Origin: Candidatus Staskawiczbacteria bacterium
Lineage (GTDB): Bacteria > Patescibacteriota > Minisyncoccia > Minisyncoccales > Staskawiczbacteraceae
DNA: 64,000 nucleotides
Reading direction: 5' to 3'
NCBI GenBank assembly: GCA_903835075.1
Contig: CAILLM010000004.1
Location: forward strand, 80,532 to 144,531
The notes beneath the pieces were generated by a model. That model was not told where the DNA came from and did not search any database. It worked only from the letters and a program-made list of their open reading frames with translations. Below, in pieces: positions 53,173 to 61,733 of this stretch (position 1 is the stretch's first letter; each line of letters starts with the position of its first letter). A program made the translations under genes and the position numbers.

Positions 53173-54789
53173 ATGAAACTTTTGGATAATGGCACATATG
53201 CAATAGAAATTGATAATAGACTTTTAGAGCTAACAACCAAAGATAAAGAGCTAAAAGTATCAGAAGAGGAATTTAAGGCGGCATTAAAGGGCTATAAGCT
53301 CGACGAATTTTTGATTGTTTTAGCAGAAATATCAGAAAAATTGTTTGATCCTAATTTTAAAGAAAATCCTATTTGGAAAAAAGAAAAAGTTGGTTTTATT
53401 ATACATAAACCAAGCGAGCAGTTTGTGACTGATTTTGCGGTTGAATACATTGCAAATATATTATTAATTTCTGGTTCAAATGATTTTAAAAATGAAAGTA
53501 TCAAAAATAAAGATAATGTTGTGGCAATATTCAGTATTTATCATAACTCTATAATTCATCCAAGAATTCAATCGGGCAACATAGCATCGTTGTTAGTGCC
53601 AATGTTTTATCAACAGATGACAAGCCAGCAAGATATAAAAGATACTTTTATTCGGCAATGGTTGATATTTCAAGGTGCGCAAGAGCTAGTCGACCCAAAA
53701 AATAAACTTGATTTGGATAAAATATTGCTAGAAGAAAATGGAATGACCGTTATTGAGTACATAAAATTGTGTTTTTTAATTTTAGCAACAATATTAACCA
53801 AACCAAGGTTTAATTTTGGGACCTTTGATAAGCCTACAATTCCCGGATTGGACGATGTTCTAAATAGCGAGAAAATTTCTGCGATATTAAAACAATTGTC
53901 TGTGTCTAAGAATGAATTTGTTAAACTAGATAAAGAATTGAATGCCGGCTTAAGTCCAGAACATACAAAAAGTAGATATAACCCTTTATGGGAAAAGCCT
54001 ATCGTAATATTAGGAGATAATGACTATGTAGTGCCGAGTATAAGTGCTTATGCCAAGGGGGCTTTGAGAGGGCTCTATTGGATATTTGAAAATGTAAAGG
54101 CTAAAATATTTAGAGACTATTTCGGATTATTATTTGAAAAATATTGTGGCACAGTGATTCAAGACATTTTTGGTAGGGAAAACGTAAGGCCAGGGATAAG
54201 ATTTGGCAAAGATAACCAAGAATTTTTTGATTGGATAGCCAACAGGGAAAAGGAAATAATTTTATTCGAAACTAAGGGGTATCAGTTTCCTTTGAAAACT
54301 CTACAAACGGGTAGTCCCGATCTTGTTAGAAAGGAGGTGTTTAATAAATTAGTAGAAACAATCAGGCAAACTTATCGGCGCTTTCAAGATATTCAAAGTC
54401 ACGATGAATTGAAAGAATTTAGGAATAAAAAAATAACTGTTGTTGCTGTATTTTACGACATACCGTTTGTATCTACAAACGTGTATGACCCCGATATAAA
54501 ATCAGCATTAAACGGGCTAAATGCTAGATACCCAGGAATTAAAGATTTTGAATATGTTTTTTTATCAATTGAGGAGCTGGAAAATTATTACTATGTGAAA
54601 GATTATATTTCTATAGAGGATCTGGTAAATAAAGTAAAAGGTACACCTGGCGCCGGCGTTATTGATCAAATAAGTAAGGTCTTCAAAGAAAATAATTTAA
54701 CGGCCGAGGATCATAAAAATTTGTTAGATAGAAAGTTTAGAGATTTTTACGAAAACGAATTAGGCGTCCCATATTCGGAAGAAGAGTAA
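53173..54789 (+). CDS. Uncharacterised 538-aa partner of the SIR2 gene, with a C-terminal PD-(D/E)xK-like motif
   Basis: Its ATG directly follows the SIR2 TAA. FFDWIANREKEIILFETKGYQF (about 54222-54290) has D-x12-E-x-K spacing. No Walker motif and no TM helix. Confidence 0.6.
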   Translation: MKLLDNGTYAIEIDNRLLELTTKDKELKVSEEEFKAALKGYKLDEFLIVLAEISEKLFDPNFKENPIWKKEKVGFIIHKPSEQFVTDFAVEYIANILLISGSNDFKNESIKNKDNVVAIFSIYHNSIIHPRIQSGNIASLLVPMFYQQMTSQQDIKDTFIRQWLIFQGAQELVDPKNKLDLDKILLEENGMTVIEYIKLCFLILATILTKPRFNFGTFDKPTIPGLDDVLNSEKISAILKQLSVSKNEFVKLDKELNAGLSPEHTKSRYNPLWEKPIVILGDNDYVVPSISAYAKGALRGLYWIFENVKAKIFRDYFGLLFEKYCGTVIQDIFGRENVRPGIRFGKDNQEFFDWIANREKEIILFETKGYQFPLKTLQTGSPDLVRKEVFNKLVETIRQTYRRFQDIQSHDELKEFRNKKITVVAVFYDIPFVSTNVYDPDIKSALNGLNARYPGIKDFEYVFLSIEELENYYYVKDYISIEDLVNKVKGTPGAGVIDQISKVFKENNLTAEDHKNLLDRKFRDFYENELGVPYSEEE

Positions 54790-54820
54790 GCCTAAATATA
54801 TATACAGACATCAAATTTAG

Positions 54821-56164
54821 TTATTCTAATATAATTTTTTTATCTTTTAGAATTAGTTTACTTTTTAGGAAAAATAATAGTTCTCGTTTTTCAATTAGGG
54901 TTCCTTCGTTGAGTAAATATTTCGCATAATTCCTAACATCGATATCTGAATTATGGGTTTCTTTATTATGGCCCAGCACTCCAATTCTAAATTTATTGAA
55001 TCTCGCTAATTCTTTTTCAACTGTAGCCTTTACCCCGAGTTCGTCTAAGTTGATTTTATCCATCAACTCAATAAGTTCAGCTATCAAGCTCTGCTCATTC
55101 AGGGCTGGATTTTTACAGGCTATATCTCTGGCCTTGTTGCAGAAATAATAGACGTGCCTATTTACTCCGCCATTTAGTAGTTTTTTAAATTTCTCATCGG
55201 CTGATATTCCTGATCCGCAATACCCGCATTTAATCAATTTGGTGAAGGCGAATTCTTTTGATTCTGATTTTGGTATATACCTGTCATTTAATGTGGTTTG
55301 AACTTTATCAAACAACTCTTTAGATATTATCGGTGTATGTTTTCCATTGTACCAATTGCCACTGCCAACAGGGTATTCAAACTCACCATAGTAAAAAGTA
55401 TTTCTCAGTATTAGGTAAATGTTACCAAGCACCAAAGCTTTGCCTGTTCTCGTTTTGAATCCTGTATCACGTAGCCACATATATACTTTTCTGCCAGACC
55501 AATTTTCATTAGCCAATTTCTCAAATATCTGTTTAATTACCGGAGCACGTTTTGGGTCTAGTCTACATTGGCATTTTTTATCAACATGTTTTTCGTTTAG
55601 ATATCCTGTCGGCGCTACGCCGGGGCGATATCCCATTTCACATCGCGTTCTTAATCCACGCTTTACATTTACCGCCTTGTTATCATTTTCCAGTTTTGCT
55701 TGACTGCCGAGAATCATCAGTAAGAATTTTTCGTTTGGATTATTAGTGAACCTTTGTCCATGAGTTCTTATCTCAATTAGCAGTTTTTGATCCATTAAAT
55801 CTACTACAGATCCCAAATCTCCGGCATTTCTTGATAACCTGTCTGGAGCCCATGTTAAAATGGCATTGTATTTGCCTTCACGAATTTCAGTAATCATTTG
55901 GTTAAATACAGCTCTTTGTCCAACCTCTTTGGAAGAGTGCGCCTCGCGTTTAATATCGATGATATTCAAATTATCACGTTGTGCCAGACTCAGCATTTCT
56001 TTTACCTGCGATTCTATGGATAGAGCTTGTTTGTCCTCAGCTTCTGTGGATTTCCTCGCATAGAGGCAGTATTTGAGTATTGGAGCGACTATGACCGGGG
56101 ATTGCCGACTGTTTTGCGTTGTTGCTATTTGTTGCATAATTTTTGTTTTAGTTATTAATAGCAC
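54821..56164 (-). CDS. Large serine recombinase (resolvase domain, recombinase domain, zinc ribbon, coiled-coil)
   Basis: YARKSTEAEDKQALSIESQ (catalytic Ser), LTWAPDRLSRN, recombinase-domain GY.PG.AP.GY, and zinc ribbon CGYCGSG...YYFC. An alternative start is the ATG at 56137 (MQQIATT). Confidence 0.9.
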   Translation of the reverse strand: MLLITKTKIMQQIATTQNSRQSPVIVAPILKYCLYARKSTEAEDKQALSIESQVKEMLSLAQRDNLNIIDIKREAHSSKEVGQRAVFNQMITEIREGKYNAILTWAPDRLSRNAGDLGSVVDLMDQKLLIEIRTHGQRFTNNPNEKFLLMILGSQAKLENDNKAVNVKRGLRTRCEMGYRPGVAPTGYLNEKHVDKKCQCRLDPKRAPVIKQIFEKLANENWSGRKVYMWLRDTGFKTRTGKALVLGNIYLILRNTFYYGEFEYPVGSGNWYNGKHTPIISKELFDKVQTTLNDRYIPKSESKEFAFTKLIKCGYCGSGISADEKFKKLLNGGVNRHVYYFCNKARDIACKNPALNEQSLIAELIELMDKINLDELGVKATVEKELARFNKFRIGVLGHNKETHNSDIDVRNYAKYLLNEGTLIEKRELLFFLKSKLILKDKKIILE

Positions 56165-56293
56165 ATATTCGACCTTTGCAAGGACAAGGATGACGCAACG
56201 GTGCTAAGGAGTCCAGACCCCATCAGTTGAAAACTCCCAGCTTTACGAAGAGCTGTTTTAGGTATAAACTTAAATAAATTATAAGATATATTT

Positions 56294-57106
56294 ATGATTA
56301 AACCGTATTATAAAAAAGGTGATTTCACCTTATACAATGCTGATAGTCTGAATTTTTTAGAGTCATTGCCTGAAAATTCTGTTGATATGATTTTCGCAGA
56401 TCCACCATATTTTCTTTCAAATGGTGGTTTTAGTGTCCATTCTGGAAAAATGGTAAGTGTTGATAAGGGACAATGGGATGTTAGCAATGGATTAAAAAAA
56501 GATTTTGAGTTTCATCTTGCATGGACAAAAGCTTGTCATAGAGTTTTAAAACCAGGGGGAACTATTTGGATAAGTGGTACATACCATTCTATATATTCAT
56601 GCGGTTTTGCTTTACAGGTTAACAAATTTCACATGTTAAATGATATTACGTGGTTTAAGCCCAATGCTTCACCTAATTTAAGTTGTCGCTTTTTTACTGC
56701 TAGCCATGAAACCTTGCTTTGGGCACGTAAAGAAAAAAAAGCAAAACATACATTTAATTATGATTTAATGAAAAATGGTGATTGGCCGGAAGATCAATTG
56801 AAGAAACCTGGCCTACAAATGCGGTCAGTTTGGGCCATAGGAACACCAAAACCCATTGAAAAGAAGTTTGGCAAGCATCCAACCCAAAAGCCCGAAGATT
56901 TGCTAAGAAGAGTCGTACTTGCGAGTACCAATAAGGGAGATCTTGTGTTAGATCCATTTACTGGTAGCTCTACGACGGGAATTGCTAGCCATTTATTAGG
57001 AAGAAAGTTTGTAGGCATTGATACCGAAAAAATTTTTTTAGATGTATCGATAAAAAGGTTTGAAGAGCTAGATAAAAATTTAATAAATAAGCATTTAAAA
57101 TCATGA
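56294..57106 (+). CDS. Beta-class N6-adenine DNA methyltransferase, M.DpnIIB (DpnA)-like (GATC)
   Basis: Motif IV DMIFADPPYFLSNGG lies before motif I LDPFTGSSTTG. Long collinear matches to my recollection of DpnA (VSVDKG.WD, NDITW.K.N..PNLSCR.FT.S.ETLLWARK, GKHPTQKPE.LL). Confidence 0.88.
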   Translation: MIKPYYKKGDFTLYNADSLNFLESLPENSVDMIFADPPYFLSNGGFSVHSGKMVSVDKGQWDVSNGLKKDFEFHLAWTKACHRVLKPGGTIWISGTYHSIYSCGFALQVNKFHMLNDITWFKPNASPNLSCRFFTASHETLLWARKEKKAKHTFNYDLMKNGDWPEDQLKKPGLQMRSVWAIGTPKPIEKKFGKHPTQKPEDLLRRVVLASTNKGDLVLDPFTGSSTTGIASHLLGRKFVGIDTEKIFLDVSIKRFEELDKNLINKHLKS

Positions 57107-58023
57107 AGTTGTTACCATTTTATAAAGAAAAATTAGGATGTGAAAGTGAGAATGATGTTTTCGAATATTTCATAAAAAATTTGAAGCCGAGTATTTTGCT
57201 TTGGTCATATTTTGTAAATTGGGATAAGGTTTTTGAGAATACTAGAAAGATTGAAATTGCTTTAAATAATCTCAATTATTTAATTGGCAAAGATGATTTC
57301 GATAAAGAATTTAAATTTTTAATCAAGCAATATCCTGAAGTTGTTAAGGTCGTCCCAGCTTTAGTCGTTAGAGACGGGGGCAACACGGACAAATTTAATA
57401 TTTTAGTCGATTATAAAAATAAAAAATTTGTTTACGAAAATTATGACTTTACTAAGGTTAATCTAAGCGATGAAGATGTTGAGAAGTATTTAATGTTTGT
57501 TAAAAAAACCGGGTTAAAGGATCTAATAACTTCGCAAAAAATAAAAAATTTAGTTGATTATATGATAGGGGTGGAGGCTGGTTTAGATAGTAACGGACGC
57601 AAGAATAGAAGCGGTCACTCTATGGAAGATATCGTAGAATTTTTCATTGATGATTTTTGTAAGAGCAAAGGATTTAAATACTTAAAAGAAGCTACTGCTG
57701 AAAAAATTAAGCAAGAATGGGACTTTGACGTTCCGTTTGATAAGTCCTCTCGCCGTTATGATTATGTAGTTAGCAATGGCAGTGAATTATTTATTTTTGA
57801 AACTAATTTCTATGGAGGGGGCGGTTCTAAGCTGAAATCTACAGCTGGAGAATATCGAAATTTATTCGATGTTTTTGGCGGGAAATATAAATTTATTTGG
57901 ATTACAGATGGTTTTGGTTGGAAGAACCTACAAAGACCCTTAAGAGAAACTTTTGATCATAATGATTATTTGATTAGTCTAGATATGATTGAAAATGGTA
58001 TTTTAGGTGATATTCTAAGGTAG
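57103..58023 (+). CDS. Type II restriction endonuclease, DpnII/MboI family (GATC)
   Basis: LVDYMIGVEAGLDSNGRKNRSG, FIFETNFYGGGGSKLKSTAGEY and FIWITDGFGW match conserved DpnII blocks as I recall them. ATGA overlap with the methylase gene. Confidence 0.85.
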   Translation: MKLLPFYKEKLGCESENDVFEYFIKNLKPSILLWSYFVNWDKVFENTRKIEIALNNLNYLIGKDDFDKEFKFLIKQYPEVVKVVPALVVRDGGNTDKFNILVDYKNKKFVYENYDFTKVNLSDEDVEKYLMFVKKTGLKDLITSQKIKNLVDYMIGVEAGLDSNGRKNRSGHSMEDIVEFFIDDFCKSKGFKYLKEATAEKIKQEWDFDVPFDKSSRRYDYVVSNGSELFIFETNFYGGGGSKLKSTAGEYRNLFDVFGGKYKFIWITDGFGWKNLQRPLRETFDHNDYLISLDMIENGILGDILR

Positions 58024-58045
58024 GAAGTCATCAATATGGTAATTT

Positions 58046-59773
58046 ATGTTTATTAAACAATTCTCAATTAGATACTTTAGAAATATTAAGACACTAGATT
58101 TGCTATTGGAGAAAGGTCTAAATATTTTTATTGGAGAAAATAATTCTGGTAAAAGCACAACCATGGATGCACTAAGGGTATGCTTAGGTTGGGGCGATCA
58201 AGATAAAGGTGTTTTTATTAAACCAGATGATTTATATATAGAAAGATCGAATTACCAGATTGGTCCTAAGCCGATTGAATTTGATTTAATATTTAGAATT
58301 GAGGACGAGATAGAGCAGTCAATTTTTTATGATTTGCTATCTAAAAAGGGCGAAGAATTAGAATTACAAATTCATTATAGATTTTTCTTTGAAGAAAAAA
58401 ATGATAGAAAATTATTTCGTTGTTCTATATGGGGAGGAGATAACGAAGGTCAGAACATTCCAGCAGAAATTCTTGATTTAATCCGGCATATATATCTCGG
58501 AGCACTGAGAGATGCGTCAAGAGATTTGCAACTTAGTAAGGGCAACAAATTAGGAAGTTTGTTGGAAAAGATTGAACCAAATAAAATACGCCAACTGGAG
58601 CTATCGCAAAAGTTAGATGACTTATTACATAAAGATGTAGACTGGAAAATCATCAGGGAAGCTGCAAAGAATAAAATTAATGAGCACCTTAATAATTCTT
58701 CTATAAAAGGCAAGGAAATTGAGATCGACTTAAGATTTATAGATTCTGAATTTAAAAAAATAGTAGGTGATTTGAGGGCTAGATTGCCAGTTTACCCTTC
58801 TTTAGCAGAAAACGATAAAAATCAAAAGTGGTTTCAAATAAATCAAAATGGCCTTGGAGATAACAACCGGATATATATCGCTTCTGTTTTAGGAGATTTG
58901 TTGGGCATACGAGAACTAGAAAGTGAAACTTATGTCGCACTGTTGATTGAGGAACCGGAAGCTCATTTACATCCACAGCTACAGAATATTCTATTTTCAT
59001 ATTTTGAACAATTATCTAACAAAATTCAGGTATTTATTACTTCGCATTCTCCAACAATTACCGCTAAAACGCTACTCAATACCGTCACGGTGTTCCAAAA
59101 TGTTAACGATGAAATTCATGTTTTGGCTATGAAAAATTCTGACTTAGATATAGAAGACAAGGCATACTTGCATAGGTTCCTCGATGTGACAAAGGCGCAG
59201 TTATTCTTTGCAAATGGGGTGATTCTTGTAGAAGGCATATCGGAGGCGTTGCTTTTCCCGGTTTTTGCCGAGATCATGGGCAAAAATGAAGGCGATGAAA
59301 ATAAATATAATCTTACGAAATGGGGAGTAGAGATAGTTAACGTCGGCGGAGTATCTTTTAGTTATTTCGCAAAAATATTTAATTCAATCGATAGTAAAAA
59401 AAGATTAAACAGTAGGTGTGTTTTGGTAACAGACTCTGATCCAAAGGAGAATGAAGTTATGTTATCTGGAAGAGCGCAAAGAGCGGCAGAAATGAAATCT
59501 GGTCTTCTTGATGTACAACTTTCTAAAAAGACTTTCGAGCATGATTTATTCAATGACTCAGATAAGAACTCAGTGACAATAAAAGAAGTTTATAAAGAAA
59601 TGCATCCTCAGACATCAATAAAAAATGTCAACGATTTCATGGAAAGATTAAAATCAAATAAGGATAAAGGAGAGTTTGCTCAAAAATTAGCTGAAAAGAT
59701 CAATAATGATAATTTTACGATTCCAGAGTATATTAGTAATACTATAAAGTGGGTAACCAAAAGTGTTGAATAA
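58046..59773 (+). CDS. gajA: Gabija GajA: OLD-family ATPase plus Toprim nuclease
   Basis: IRYFRNI..L, Walker A GENNSGKST, LLIEEPEAHLHPQLQ and ITSHSP (ABC-type ATPase), then Toprim VILVEGISEALLFP...VNVGG...VLVTDSDP. 575 aa. Confidence 0.8.
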   Translation: MFIKQFSIRYFRNIKTLDLLLEKGLNIFIGENNSGKSTTMDALRVCLGWGDQDKGVFIKPDDLYIERSNYQIGPKPIEFDLIFRIEDEIEQSIFYDLLSKKGEELELQIHYRFFFEEKNDRKLFRCSIWGGDNEGQNIPAEILDLIRHIYLGALRDASRDLQLSKGNKLGSLLEKIEPNKIRQLELSQKLDDLLHKDVDWKIIREAAKNKINEHLNNSSIKGKEIEIDLRFIDSEFKKIVGDLRARLPVYPSLAENDKNQKWFQINQNGLGDNNRIYIASVLGDLLGIRELESETYVALLIEEPEAHLHPQLQNILFSYFEQLSNKIQVFITSHSPTITAKTLLNTVTVFQNVNDEIHVLAMKNSDLDIEDKAYLHRFLDVTKAQLFFANGVILVEGISEALLFPVFAEIMGKNEGDENKYNLTKWGVEIVNVGGVSFSYFAKIFNSIDSKKRLNSRCVLVTDSDPKENEVMLSGRAQRAAEMKSGLLDVQLSKKTFEHDLFNDSDKNSVTIKEVYKEMHPQTSIKNVNDFMERLKSNKDKGEFAQKLAEKINNDNFTIPEYISNTIKWVTKSVE

Positions 59774-59775
59774 AA

Positions 59776-61494
59776 ATGTTTAATTCTTTATCAGATGAGC
59801 AAAAAAAGATTGTTTTTGCTGACTTAGAAAAAATAGTTGTTAGGGCTTGTCCGGGAAGCGGCAAGACTTTTACAGTAACAGCTAGACTGGCAAATAAAAT
59901 TTCAAAGTGGGAAGATAGATATATCGGCATAGCTGCTTTGTCTTTTACAAATACTGCTTGGCAAGAAATAGAAAAAAATTTACCAAAATTTGAATGTGGA
60001 CCAATAAAGAGGCCGCATTTTTTAGGTACGATTGATAGTTTTATAAATAATTATATATTTCTTCCGTTTGGTCATTTGGTTATGGGCTGTGAAAAAAGAC
60101 CGAAGCTAGTTGGTGAACCGCACAGTAAATGGTCTGGGCGTTTTTATAGCGAGCAATGGTTCGATAAATCTTCGTTCAATATAAACGATGAGTTTATCTT
60201 TACTCAGAAATATCCTATACCTCCAACCGCTAAAGCGGCCGTGGTTAAGGCTATCAAGAATAAAAAGATGGAATTGATAAGTCTTGGCTATGCGAACCAA
60301 CATGATGCAAATTACTTTGCTTTAAAAATTTTAAAAAAATATCCTGAAATTGCAGAATCATTAGTCGCAAGGTTTCCAATATTGTTAATTGACGAAGCAC
60401 AAGATACAACAGAAATACAAATGGCGATTATAGATGAATTAGTAGGAGCTGGATTAAAAGAAATTCTTATTGTTGGAGATCCAGATCAGGCTATATTTGA
60501 ATGGAATGATGCTAATCCAGATCTCTTTGTAAAAAAATGTAGTGAGTGGGAACTAAAACAGTTAGAAGAATGCAGGAGGAGCTCTCAAGATATTTGCAAT
60601 TTCGTTCATAAATTATCGACATTAAGTGCACCAGCGCGCTCTGTATCTACTGAAGTTGCAACCCTAGGCATAAAGCCAGATATTATAGAATATGACAACC
60701 TGTTATCTATAAAAAATACATTTATAAAAAGATGTGAATCTGAAGATATTCCTATAAAAAAAGAGGATGTCTCTATCTTATGTAGAACAAAAGGCGCTGT
60801 TAATGAAGTTGTAAATGTGTTTGAAGGAGCACCCATCGTAACAGGCCCTACATTTTTTAATGACTCTGATATTTGGGAAGAGAGATTTATATGGTGCAGA
60901 GACATCTGTGAAGGTCTCTATCTAATAAGTAAGGGAGAATTTAAAAATGGCTATAGGATATTAGAAAGGGGGTGCTTTAAGATTTTAAATGAAAATCATT
61001 ATTCAAAGGAAAACTTGAGGTTGCATATTAAAAATATTGGACTAGTAAACTGGCGAAAATTTATTAATGATATAATAGTCTCTGCGCCCGATATATCCGG
61101 CGATTTATCTGCTTATCTATCTTCTTTCTCCCCGATGGCAGAAAGCTTTTTCAATGAAATGAATATATTAACTGCCGTTAAGAATAATAAAAAAAGTCTA
61201 TTAATTAAAGATATTTTTGGAATTTCTGACGCTGATTCTAAATTTTCACATTTACCTATTCGACTCGGAACAATTCATTCGGTGAAGGGGGAAACGTTTG
61301 ATGCGACTCTTCTAATTTTGAAAAATAGAATAATGAATACAAAATATCAGACAATATTAAGCAGGTGTAAAAAAGACAAGTTATTAGAGGAGGAGTTGAG
61401 GACATTATACGTAGCGATGACAAGGCCTAGAAAAATATTAATAATAGGTGTGCCTCAGGGAGATGGTAATATGTGGAACGCTTTTTTAAATTAA
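59776..61494 (+). CDS. gajB: Gabija GajB: UvrD-like superfamily-1 helicase
   Basis: Walker A CPGSGKTF, LLIDEAQDT, IVGDPDQAIFEW, IHSVKGETFDA and LYVAMTRPRK. It starts 2 nt after the gajA stop. Confidence 0.8.
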   Translation: MFNSLSDEQKKIVFADLEKIVVRACPGSGKTFTVTARLANKISKWEDRYIGIAALSFTNTAWQEIEKNLPKFECGPIKRPHFLGTIDSFINNYIFLPFGHLVMGCEKRPKLVGEPHSKWSGRFYSEQWFDKSSFNINDEFIFTQKYPIPPTAKAAVVKAIKNKKMELISLGYANQHDANYFALKILKKYPEIAESLVARFPILLIDEAQDTTEIQMAIIDELVGAGLKEILIVGDPDQAIFEWNDANPDLFVKKCSEWELKQLEECRRSSQDICNFVHKLSTLSAPARSVSTEVATLGIKPDIIEYDNLLSIKNTFIKRCESEDIPIKKEDVSILCRTKGAVNEVVNVFEGAPIVTGPTFFNDSDIWEERFIWCRDICEGLYLISKGEFKNGYRILERGCFKILNENHYSKENLRLHIKNIGLVNWRKFINDIIVSAPDISGDLSAYLSSFSPMAESFFNEMNILTAVKNNKKSLLIKDIFGISDADSKFSHLPIRLGTIHSVKGETFDATLLILKNRIMNTKYQTILSRCKKDKLLEEELRTLYVAMTRPRKILIIGVPQGDGNMWNAFLN

Positions 61495-61596
61495 CGATCG
61501 TACAGATTTAGGATTTTTTCATATTTGTGATATAATAATTTAACAATTTAATAATTCGCCTAAACTCATATATTTCTATGGGCATGGCACTAAAGT

Positions 61597-61693
61597 CTAA
61601 ACAAGCATAAAGATCCCATCATGGGGTTGCTTGTTTAGCCATATCGGGAAACTGGTATGAGAGGTTTCGGCCTCTACCCGTGGTGGGTTTTTT
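61597..61693 (+). ncRNA. Candidate structured leader / small RNA upstream of the zinc-ribbon gene
   Basis: Perfect 11-bp stem ctaaacaagca/tgcttgtttag (61597-61638) with a nested ccca-tca-tggg. Then agagg-tttcgg-cctct (61660-61675), then accc-gtggt-gggt plus T6 (61676-61693). An extended -10 TGaTATAAT lies at 61528-61536. Confidence 0.3.
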
Positions 61694-61733
61694 GTTAAAG
61701 CGAAATCCTTCCCTGGGTGAAAAAATAATAAAT

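Larger units (their letters stand above)
51988..61494. mobile_element. Putative integrated defence island next to tRNA-Gln (boundaries not resolved)
   Basis: It starts at a tRNA 3' end, carries a large serine recombinase, and its cargo is exclusively defence-type genes (SIR2 pair, R-M, Gabija). No flanking direct repeat was found by eye. Confidence 0.4.

Noticed and set aside
56165-56293. The GC-richer 130-nt spacer between the recombinase and the methylase, considered as a tRNA fragment or att site (it contains ggagtcc, reminiscent of a T-arm).
   Set aside because: No cloverleaf or extended match to either tRNA in the window could be folded by hand, and only short 5-bp stems are present. 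It is mentioned in the R-M finding as a place to look, not called as a feature.
51960-61600. A direct repeat of the tRNA-Gln 3' end that would mark the far attachment site of the island.
   Set aside because: I scanned 54.79-54.82 kb, 56.16-56.29 kb and 61.49-61.73 kb by eye for gttcgagtcctagtcccgca-like strings and found none. A computational search is needed, so absence is not proven.
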